DNA of 63,376 nucleotides, counting the filler, from Octopus bimaculoides (Eukaryota): the NCBI RefSeq assembly GCF_001194135.2. It is 8 parts of 8 records of this genome, joined end to end, with 100 filler letters (N's around TTAATTAATTAA, not from the genome) between each part and the next. Parts side by side here need not be neighbours in the genome. Positions count along the whole stretch, not along the records: positions 32,193 to 40,964 come from NC_069007.1; positions 41,065 to 46,265 come from NC_068984.1; 6 more parts are not named here. One strand, given 5' to 3'. Made by a program: the position numbers and the translations under genes. Shown piece after piece: positions 35,639-46,365 of this stretch. Numbering within the stretch: position 1 is the first letter of the stretch; every line of letters starts with the position of its first letter. The notes under the pieces are model-generated. The model was not told where the DNA came from. It made no database searches and saw nothing but the letters and a program-made list of their open reading frames with translations.

Positions 35639-36209
35639 ATCCACTCACAAGGCTTTGGTCGGCCCGAGGCTATAGTAGAAGACACTTGCTCAAGGTGCCA
35701 TGCAGTGGAACTGAACCCGGAACCATGTAGTTCATAAGCAAGCTACTTACCACACAGCCACTCCTGCGCCTGTATATATATTTATATAAGGTTATGAAGG
35801 GTATTGCATTCAACCAAACCCAAAGATACATGTAATACCGAGTAAGTGCTGTATACCGGCTAGTTTTGCCCCATTCGTTGTATAAATATGAGTGGGGAAT
35901 ATAACATAGGGTGTGTATTAGCGTGTGTATGTATAAAGAGAGAAAAGTATAAAGAGAACAATGGCAAAGTTAGAAATATATTTTATATTTTATCCATAAA
36001 ATATATTTCTAACTTTACCATTGTTCTCTTTATCCTTTTCTCTATTTATATATATTTATTTATTTATTTATGTGTTTCAGCCAAGTGGCTGCGGTCATGC
36101 TGGTGCACCATAGTGCAGTGTCTTCTCGGTGTAATATTTTAATTATTGTTGCTGATATTTTTTAAAAAAAGGTGTAAAAAGAGGTAAGAATTTGAGAAGA
36201 ATTAATTAC

Positions 36210-36289
36210 CTGTTTGATCAAAAGAAGAGATGAAGTCATAACACATCTTATGTCTTTTTTTCTGTGGAGGCTGACCTTGTTTCTCAAGA
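36210..36289 (-). CDS. Orphan candidate internal exon of an unidentified gene (80 nt, phase 1 to 0)
   Basis: Acceptor tctgcctttttgcAG, donor CAG|GTAATT, and a single open frame (x)LEKQGQPPQKKDIRCVMTSSLLLIKQ. No homology recognised. Confidence 0.4.
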
Positions 36290-36489
36290 ACTGCAAAAAG
36301 GCAGATTTAGCAAAAAAAAATAAAATCAACGAATTCAAGTAAGGAATCTTAATAATGAAATATTTAAAAATATTTGTTTAAAACACAAAAAACAAATGTG
36401 CACCGATTATCTTCTCTCGTTGTCTGTATTCTGGAAGAGATTCTGCGAATATATACGGAGGTGAATCAGGAAGTAAGGGTAAAAAGAGT

Positions 36490-36800
36490 AAAGGCCCCCT
36501 TTGGTCGTAAATGACCATGGGATTGCACTTAGAAAGTTACTCTCTGAGGCACAAGTCTGAGCAGTCACCCATGCATACCACTCTCCCCTCTCCATGCCAC
36601 CGATGTTATCCAAGGGTTAGGCAAAGGGGGCCAATAAGGCTTGGCACCAGTGATGTCACAACTCATTTCTTACAGCTGAGTAAACTGGGACAATGTAAAA
36701 CAAAGTGACTTGCTTGAGAACACAACACACAGCCTGGTCCGGGAATCGAACTCACTACCTTATGATTGTGAGCTCAACGGTCTAACCACTGAGCCATGCA
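36490..36800 (-). mobile_element. tRNA-derived SINE family C
   Basis: Minus-strand head tgcatggctcagtggttagaccgttgagctcacaatc...gagttcgattcccggacc (A and B boxes), followed by a conserved-looking core ttgtcccagtttactcagctgtaagaaatgag. Confidence 0.8.
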
Positions 36801-36996
36801 CTGTCACCAAATCAGGCTGTAATGCAATTTTATTTGCATTACCTTCTGAGTCATCCCGCCTCATCATCATCAAGGTCGACTTTGCCTTTCATCCTTTCGG
36901 GGGTCGATAAATTAAGTACCAGTTGCATACTGAGGTCGATGTAATCGATTACTCCCCTCCCCTAACATTTCAGGTCTTGTGCCTTTAGTAGATATG

Positions 36997-37099
<103 letters not shown>

Positions 37100-38355
37100 A
37101 GATTGTTAGCTGGCAGAATCATTACCACACGGGGCCAAATGCATAGCAGCCTTTCATTCATTTTTATGTCCTGGGTTCAAATTCTGCCAGAGATAACTTC
37201 TCCTTTATTCCTTTCAGAGTTGATAAAATAAGTACCAGTGATACACTTGGGTTGAGGATATCAACTAAAACTGCAGGACCTGGTGCCAAAATCCGAAACC
37301 ATTATTATTATTATTATTGTTGTTGTTGTTGTTGTTGTTGTTGTACTCCCTTTTTGCCCTTTATCTTCTGGAACTGCCTCGACCACAGTTGTTTACCTTG
37401 GCAGTAAAAGACCAGCAATATGCGGATGTCAAAGAGAGTCACCTCACCTTGTCATTATCCTCAGCGCCGCCGACACCGCCTACCTCCCACCACCACCGCC
37501 ACCACCACCACAGGCACCTCCCCCACCAGAACCAACAACAACACCAACAACGACAACTAGTTTATGAGAAGAACCAGTGATTCCTTATTTTTGTTTTATC
37601 TTTCTTATTTTCATTTTATGGTTCCGCCTATCCNNNNNNNNNNNNNNNNNNNNNNNNNNNNNNNNNNNNNNNNNNNNNNNNNNNNNNNNNNNNNNNNNNN
37701 NNNNNNNNNNNNNNNNNNNNNNNNNNNNNNNNNNNNNNNNNNNNNNNNNNNNNNNNNNNNNNNNNNNNNNNNNNNNNNNNNNNNNNNNNNNNNNNNNNNN
37801 NNNNNNNNNNNNNNNNNNNNNNNNNNNNNNNNNNNNNNNNNNNNNNNNNNNNNNNNNNNNNNNNNNNNNNNNNNNNNNNNNNNNNNNNNNNNNNNNNNNN
37901 NNNNNNNNNNNNNNNNNNNNNNNNNNNNNNNNNNNNNNNNNNNNNNNNNNNNNNNNNNNNNNNNNNNNNNNNNNNNNNNNNNNNNNNNNNNNNNNNNNNN
38001 NNNNNNNNNNNNNNNNNNNNNNNNNNNNNNNNNNNNNNNNNNNNNNNNNNNNNNNNNNNNNNNNNNNNNNNNNNNNNNNNNNNNNNNNNNNNNNNNNNNN
38101 NNNNNNNNNNNNNNNNNNNNNNNNNNNNNNNNNNNNNNNNNNNNNNNNNNNNNNNNNNNNNNNNNNNNNNNNNNNNNNNNNNNNNNNNNNNNNNNNNNNN
38201 NNNNNNNNNNNNNNNNNNNNNNNNNNNNNNNNNNNNNNNNNNNNNNNNNNNNNNNNNNNNNNNNNNNNNNNNNNNNNNNNNNNNNNNNNNNNNNNNNNNN
38301 NNNNNNNNNNNNNNNNNNNNNNNNNNNNNNNNNNNNNNNNNNNNNNNNNNNNNNN

Positions 38356-38360
38356 GATGA

Positions 38361-38393
<33 letters not shown>

Positions 38394-38706
38394 AGATGGT
38401 GGTGGAGATGGTGGTGGAGATGGTGGTGGTGGTGGTGGAGATAGTGGTTGTGATGATGGAGGTGGTGATGATGATGAGGTTGGTGGCAGTGGTTGTGGTG
38501 GTGGTGGTGGTGGTGGTGGTGATTAAGACGATGAGGATGATGGTGGTGGTGTTGTTGGTGATGATGATGATGATGACGATGATGATGGGGACAATAGCAG
38601 TAGTGCTGGTGGTTTTGGTGGTGGTGGTGGTTGTGGTGATGGTGGTTGTAGTAGTTTTGGTGAAGGTCATGGTGATGATGGCAGTGGTAGTGGTGGCTTT
38701 TGGTGG

Positions 38707-38743
<37 letters not shown>

Positions 38744-39148
38744 AGCAGGGGTGTTAGTGATGATGGTGCCAGTTGTGGTGCTTGTAAAGAGTGTTGTTGT
38801 GGTTATGGTGGTTGTAGTGGTGACGGTGTTGGCGTAGTGGAGGCGATGGGTAAGGACAAGGTAGTAATAACAGTAGATGTGATGGTGGTGGTGGTGGTGG
38901 TGGTGGTGTAAATGTTTGTGGTTGTGGTTGTATTGGTAGCTGTGACAACAGAGGTGTGGTGCTGGCACAATGACAATGAGGTAGTGGTGACACTGGCGGC
39001 ACAGAGCTGGTAAGGCGCTTGTATGGCGATGGTGAGTGGTGCTAACATGGTGGTGGTGGTAGTGGTGCCGGTTTCAGTGGTAGCTAACCGTGGTAATGGT
39101 TAGGAGGTAGCACATAAAGAGAGATGTGGCAACAGCAACAACAACAAC

Positions 39149-39201
<53 letters not shown>
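38356..39201. repeat. Long GAT/GGT/GTA cryptic triplet tract ending in (AAT)n
   Basis: Direct reading; it produces the poly-V/M/H/T pseudo-ORFs of the ORF track. Confidence 0.9.
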
Positions 39202-39203
<2 letters not shown>

Positions 39204-40524
39204 GTTTCCAATTTTCGTCACAAGGCCTGAAATTTGGTGGGAGGGGACAAGTCGATTACGACGACTCCCAGTGTTTCACTGGTACTTAATTTACCGACCC
39301 TCAAAGGACAAATGACAAAGTCAACCTCGGTGAAATTTGAACTNNNNNNNNNNNNNNNNNNNNNNNNNNNNNNNNNNNNNNNNNNNNNNNNNNNNNNNNN
39401 NNNNNNNNNNNNNNNNNNNNNNNNNNNNNNNNNNNNNNNNNNNNNNNNNNNNNNNNNNNNNNNNNNNNNNNNNNNNNNNNNNNNNNNNNNNNNNNNNNNN
39501 NNNNNNNNNNNNNNNNNNNNNNNNNNNNNNNNNNNNNNNNNNNNNNNNNNNNNNNNNNNNNNNNNNNNNNNNNNNNNNNNNNNNNNNNNNNNNNNNNNNN
39601 NNNNNNNNNNNNNNNNNNNNNNNNNNNNNNNNNNNNNNNNNNNNNNNNNNNNNNNNNNNNNNNNNNNNNNNNNNNNNNNNNNNNNNNNNNNNNNNNNNNN
39701 NNNNNNNNNNNNNNNNNNNNNNNNNNNNNNNNNNNNNNNNNNNNNNNNNNNNNNNNNNNNNNNNNNNNNNNNNNNNNNNNNNNNNNNNNNNNNNNNNNNN
39801 NNNNNNNNNNNNNNNNNNNNNNNNNNNNNNNNNNNNNNNNNNNNNNNNNNNNNNNNNNNNNNNNNNNNNNNNNNNNNNNNNNNNNNNNNNNNNNNNNNNN
39901 NNNNNNNNNNNNNNNNNNNNNNNNNNNNNNNNNNNNNNNNNNNNNNNNNNNNNNNNNNNNNNNNNNNNNNNNNNNNNNNNNNNNNNNNNNNNNNNNNNNN
40001 NNNNNNNNNNNNNNNNNNNNNNNNNNNNNNNNNNNNNNNNNNNNNNNNNNNNNNNNNNNNNNNNNNNNNNNNNNNNNNNNNNNNNNNNNNNNNNNNNNNN
40101 NNNNNNNNNNNNNNNNNNNNGTATGTATATATGTATATGTGTGTGTATGTGTATATATATATATGTGTGTGTGTATATATAAATATGTGTGTGTATGCAT
40201 GTGTAAATATGTATATATGTGTATGTGTATGTATATATATATGTGTGCGTGTATGTATATATATGTGTGTGTGTATATATAAATATATATGTGTGTGTAT
40301 GCGTGTGTAAATATGTATATATGTGTACGTGTCTGTATATATATATATGTGTGCGTGTATGTATATATATGTGTGTGTGTGTATATAAATATGTGTGTGT
40401 GTGTGTGTATAAATATATATGTGTGTGTAAATATGTGTGCGTGTAAACAAAAAAAAAACATTGGAATAAATAAATCACAAGTCAGCAAAAACAACCGAAG
40501 ATAGGAACAACAACAACAACAAAA

Positions 40525-40556
<32 letters not shown>

Positions 40557-40691
40557 TACTGTGACAGCAACAACAACAGCAACAGCAGCAGTAATATTAA
40601 CAACAGCATCAATTGCTACTGTGGCAATAATCCCAACAACAATAGCCACAACTACTGCTGCTGCTGCTGTGAAAACATCAGTGACAACAGC

Positions 40692-40723
<32 letters not shown>

Positions 40724-41064
40724 CTACAATGATATTAATGACAGCAGGAAGCAGCATCCTCGTCAATAAAATCGAGAATAATGATTAATAATTACATCTC
40801 TCTGTTCACATCAAACGAGAGTTAGAGGGCCAAGATAAACAACAACAACGATGACAACGATGACAACAACAACAACGACAACAACAACAACAGCAATGAC
40901 GATGATGACAAGAAAGGCAAAGAGAGCGAAAAAACTAAAACTAAAAAAAAAAAAAAAAAAAAAANNNNNNNNNNNNNNNNNNNNNNNNNNNNNNNNNNNN
41001 NNNNNNNNTTAATTAATTAANNNNNNNNNNNNNNNNNNNNNNNNNNNNNNNNNNNNNNNNNNNN

Positions 41065-41119
<55 letters not shown>

Positions 41120-41639
41120 ATGCAGCCCCATGATAATGGTACAGATATCATCAGCATTTATTGACATCATCTATGGAAATTCTTGTTGGCAACACAATAT
41201 AGAAAATATTTCATGTCATTTCATATCTATATCTCTTTTTATGGAGCTTTATCTGTCACTTCTTCTTCATTAAATCTGAATAATTTTCTACAGAAGAAAA
41301 CTATAAAGTATGTCACATTACTGATGGTCGGTCGATATATTCAATGGTGTTAGTTTGGTGCTATTTAACTACCCTGAAGATGGTTTCTTTCAATGATTGT
41401 GACAAAGTATTATTCCATGCTTTATTGGCTACCAAACTCACAAAAGTATGTGAGTAAAGAAAAAATGTTATCAACACCATATACAAAACTCAAGATATTT
41501 TACTTCCTCATAAAAATTTTATAGTTTCTTAGAAACTTTTATCTACTTAATTCTATCAAATAGAAAATATCTTTGAATCTTATTTTATGATCAGTGTTCA
41601 AAGTCTGTAGCATTGGCTTTCAGTAGAAGTGGGTTGGCA

Positions 41640-42140
41640 GCCTATTAGAAGTCTTTAAACAGCAGTTTAACAACTCTTTAGCAGTCTTTTAAAAACACTT
41701 CAACAATGTTTTAGCAGTATTTTAGTACTCTTGCAGTTTTTTAGCAGTCTTTTGTTCTTTGGCAGTCATTTAGCAATCTCTTAACAGTACTAGTTCGGTT
41801 TTCTATAAGCCCTTTCAGTGGTTCTTTAACAATCTTTTAGGACTAATTTTGTACCATTTTAACAGTATTTCAGTGGTGCTTTAACAATATTTTCACAGTA
41901 ATCTAACATTCTTTTTAGCTGCATTTTAATAGTCCTTTAGTATTTTTCAGAGATTTTCAGCAGTACTTCAACATGTTTTTGGTAGCATACCATGAATTTT
42001 ATCAATATTGTAGCAGTGTTTTAAAAATACACCTACTCACTTTTAAGCAATTGCTTTGCAGCCCATTTAGCAGAATTTTAGCAACATTGTGGCAAATGTT
42101 TTAGCATGCATTTAGCTGCCTATTGCCAATTTATTTTCAG
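41640..42140. repeat. Degenerate ~10-12-bp minisatellite (ttttagcagt-like units)
   Basis: Recurrent tttagcagt / ttaacagt / tttagcaa units over about 500 bp. Confidence 0.6.
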
Positions 42141-42334
42141 CATGTTCAAGAAATCAGTAGTTACATCAGTACCAGAATAATAATTTAAAGCTGTCAGTTA
42201 ATATAAAACTTGTACTGAACTTATATCAAACAGGGACTTATATCAAGCTTATAATATAAGTTTGATATAAGACTTATATGAAACAATGGCTCAGTGTAGA
42301 GGTTGTAATTTGCTAATGTCTATCAGAAAGTGAT

Positions 42335-42626
42335 AGAGTGACTCAGTGTTGAAACTGTACAGTTCAGATATATGTCAGATTGTGACTCAGTCAGAAGACT
42401 GTGCTGAATTCAGTCTAGAGACTGTACCATTACATGTCAATTAGTGACACAGTATAGTGATTGCACAGTAGTGTACAGAGAGATGTCAGTGACACAGAAT
42501 AGAGACAGCACTGAAATCTTCAGATGTGTATCAGGCAGTGGCTCACAATAAGACTGTACTGTACAAATGTATGTTAGTGACACAATATGGAGTGTACAAA
42601 TATACATCAAACAGTGACACAATATA
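42335..42626. repeat. Degenerate ~30-36-bp minisatellite (cagtgacacaatatagagactgtac-like units)
   Basis: Repeated gtgacaca(g/a)tatag and actgtac motifs at roughly regular spacing. Confidence 0.6.
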
Positions 42627-42669
42627 GATTCTCAATTTTTCGGGCTTTGTGCCTAGAGTAGAAAAGATC

Positions 42670-42960
42670 TTTTTCTACTCTAGGCACAAGGCCTGAAATT
42701 TTGGAGGAGGGGCCAGTTGATTAGATCGACCCCAGTACGCAACTGGTGCTTAATTTATTGATCCCAAAGTCAACCTCAGCAGAATTTGAACTCAGAACGT
42801 AAACACAGATGAAATATCACTAAGCATTTTGCCCAGCATGCTAACGGCTATTCTTTTCTACTCTAGGCACAAGGCTTGAAATTTGGGGAGAGGAGACCAG
42901 TCAATTAGATCGACCCCAGTACACAACTGGTACTTAATTTATTGATCCCAAAAGGATAAA
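42670..42960 (-). mobile_element. Tandem pair of SINE family B copies
   Basis: ttttctactctaggcacaaggc(c/t)tgaaattt...tagatcgaccccagtac...ttattgatcccaaa occurs twice, head to tail, about 180 bp apart. Confidence 0.85.
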
Positions 42961-43099
42961 ATGCAACTAGAGTAGAAAGGAATATAGACTCTCTACTGCA
43001 TGTCTTGTATGTATATCTACTAAGTTCTAAGCATATTATATTGTGTGTCTTTCTATGTACAATGCTGTATGTTTATAGGTACTACATTGTATATCTTGT

Positions 43100-43362
43100 A
43101 TTGTATGTCAATGAGACAACAAGAGGAACTCAGTATAAATATTTAACCAAAATTATATCGATATATCAAGCAATAATACAGTTTTAAATCCCGTATGTCA
43201 TGAGCATATTGTATTGTACATCCTCTATATACTATACTGTATGTCTGTATGTACTGTGCTCTATATCTTATACTGTATGTCAATGAGACAACAAGGAGAG
43301 CTCAGTATAAATATTTAACCAAAATTATATATTTATATATCAGGCAATAAAACACTTTTAAA
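43100..43362 (+). repeat. Local ~90-bp direct duplication (about 43100-43190 and 43272-43362)
   Basis: tgtatgtcaatgagacaacaag...ctcagtataaatatttaaccaaaattatat...gcaataa appears twice. Confidence 0.85.
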
Positions 43363-44251
43363 TGTGCACAGACTAGAGCAACACTATTTAACAACACCTC
43401 TTTTGCCATCCTTTATTCTTTATCTCTTACTTTCACCCACCATCTATCCATTTATCATTTTATCTATTTTGTAGTTCACTGAATCATATCTTGTCAACTA
43501 AATTTGGCATGAAAATCACCATAAATACAATTTCTTGCTTTGTGCTTGAGAAGATCTGTGTAATAATTTCTGTGTTTCTTTAAAGTTTAGCTAGCAGGCT
43601 GCCACTGACAGATGGAGAAACAAATCTTATTGACTCAAACAACTACATTTTTATACGAGGAATCTATCAAACTAGTTCCAGAATGCTCCAACTATAAAAT
43701 TTACTGAATTATTTATCTTCCTTTATATGTATGTATTTTTCTTACTGGAACTAACTTTGTGTGAGTATGTGTGTGCATGTATACATGCTGTATGTGTGAG
43801 TATGTGTATATGTATATATATAGGTATGCATATGCATATACATATATGTATTTATATATATATTTATACATGTATATATACAAACATATATTTATATATA
43901 TATATGTATACATATATATGTATGCATGTATATATATGTATACATATGTACATGTAATAAAATATATGTATACAAATACACGTACATATGTATATGTATA
44001 TTACATATACAATATGCATGTTTATGCATATATACATACATATATGTATACGTGTATGTATATATGTATGTGTGTGTGTGTGCTTCCATACATGTGAGGT
44101 GTGTGTAAGTGCATATATATGTATGTGTGTATAAATATATATACATATTCAAATATATATGATGATGATGATGATGATGAAGATATTATGTACGTATACA
44201 AATACACATATATATGCATATAAATAATGCATATATACATAAATACATATG

Positions 44252-44306
<55 letters not shown>

Positions 44307-45269
44307 NNNNNNNNNNNNNNNNNNNNNNNNNNNNNNNNNNNNNNNNNNNNNNNNNNNNNNNNNNNNNNNNNNNNNNNNNNNNNNNNNNNNNNNNNNNNNN
44401 NNNNNNNNNNNNNNNNNNNNNNNNNNNNNNNNNNNNNNNNNNNNNNNNNNNNNNNNNNNNNNNNNNNNNNNNNNNNNNNNNNNNNNNNNNNNNNNNNNNN
44501 NNNNNNNNNNNNNNNNNNNNNNNNNNNNNNNNNNNNNNNNNNNNNNNNNNNNNNNNNNNNNNNNNNNNNNNNNNNNNNNNNNNNNNNNNNNNNNNNNNNN
44601 NNNNNNNNNNNNNNNNNNNNNNNNNNNNNNNNNNNNNNNNNNNNNNNNNNNNNNNNNNNNNNNNNNNNNNNNNNNNNNNNNNNNNNNNNNNNNNNNNNNN
44701 NNNNNNNNNNNNNNNNNNNNNNNNNNNNNNNNNNNNNNNNNNNNNNNNNNNNNNNNNNNNNNNNNNNNNNNNNNNNNNNNNNNNNNNNNNNNNNNNNNNN
44801 NNNNNNNNNNNNNNNNNNNNNNNNNNNNNNNNNNNNNNNNNNNNNNNNNNNNNNNNNNNNNNNNNNNNNNNNNNNNNNNNNNNNNNNNNNNNNNNNNNNN
44901 NNNNNNNNNNNNNNNNNNNNNNNNNNNNNNNNNNNNNNNNNNNNNNNNNNNNNNNNNNNNNNNNNNNNNNNNNNNNNNNNNNNNNNNNNNNNNNNNNNNN
45001 NNNNNNNNNNNNNNNNNNNNNNNNNNNNNNNNNNNNNNNNNNNNNNNNNNNNNNNNNNNNNNNNNNNNNNNNNNNNNNNNNNNNNNNNNNNNNNNNNNNN
45101 NNNNNNNNNNNNNNNNNNNNNNNNNNNNNNNNNNNNNNNNNNNNNNNNNNNNNNNNNNNNNNNNNNNNNNNNNNNNNNNNNNNNNNNNNNNNNNNNNNNN
45201 NNNNNNNNNNNNNNNNNNNNNNNNNNNNNNNNNNNNNNNNNNNNNNNNNNNNNNNNNNNNNNNNNNNNN

Positions 45270-45305
<36 letters not shown>

Positions 45306-46048
45306 ACATGTGGCATGTGTGAAACTAATGCTTGTATGTATGAAAGTAAACAGAAGTGAGAAGACAGACAAACAGATAGACATCTCCTCATTGACACCTA
45401 TATATGCCACATACACACATAGAGAAACTGCACAGACACACATTGCATACATACATATGCAATATTTACCAACATAAATACATAAGAATCATATTTATAC
45501 ATGCATACACACACATCATATACATATTTATATAAGCTTTAAAAAAATACATAGAATATCCACACACACACACACACAGAGGTTATATGCACATACAAAA
45601 CTTATATACACATACACACACACATACAATATGTAGATGAATTCAAAAGCTGGTCATATGCATACACACACACACGCACACACACATAAAATCCCCAGGC
45701 ATGTTCACAAAATCCACATATAAGCATAAATATGCAGACATGTACATATGTGCATGCACACAAATTGCCATACACTACAACAGATCTCTTTCTTCCCATA
45801 TACACACACATAGCAAACCTTCACATAAACACACAAAACTCGCAGATACACATAGTCACATGTATAAATACGACAACATCATCATCATCATCATCATCAT
45901 AATTATCAGCATCATTTAACGTCTGTTGTTCATGCTGGCTTGGGTTGGATGGTTTGACCAGAGCTGGCAAGCTAGGAAGATGCACCAAACTCCAGTCTGT
46001 TTTGGCATGGTTTCTACAGCTGGATGCCCTTCCTAATGNNNNNNNNNN

Positions 46049-46091
<43 letters not shown>

Positions 46092-46234
46092 CATCTTTGT
46101 ATTTATAAGTATATTTGAGTTGAATATGTATGTGAGTTTGTATCAATGTGTATATATGTGCATAAGTAAGTGCATATATGTGTCCATGTATGTATGTATG
46201 TGTATACATACATATAAATATATACATGCATATA

Positions 46235-46265
<31 letters not shown>

Positions 46266-46365
46266 NNNNNNNNNNNNNNNNNNNNNNNNNNNNNNNNNNN
46301 NNNNNNNNNTTAATTAATTAANNNNNNNNNNNNNNNNNNNNNNNNNNNNNNNNNNNNNNNNNNNN

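Noticed and set aside
37283-37580. Pro/Thr- or His-rich ORFs with a protein-like core (LLELPRPQLFTLAVKDQQYAD)
   Set aside because: Flanked by GTT and CCA/CAA triplet repeats, with no convincing donor/acceptor pair and no recognisable domain; a faint cadherin-like resemblance was too weak to support.
37564-40494. Several 280-450-aa ORFs
   Set aside because: They are made of N gaps plus GAT/GGT or TA/TG microsatellites; no coding complexity.
43713-45477. Long Y/I/H/T/C/V-rich ORFs
   Set aside because: Translations of (TA)n/(TG)n microsatellites and N gaps.
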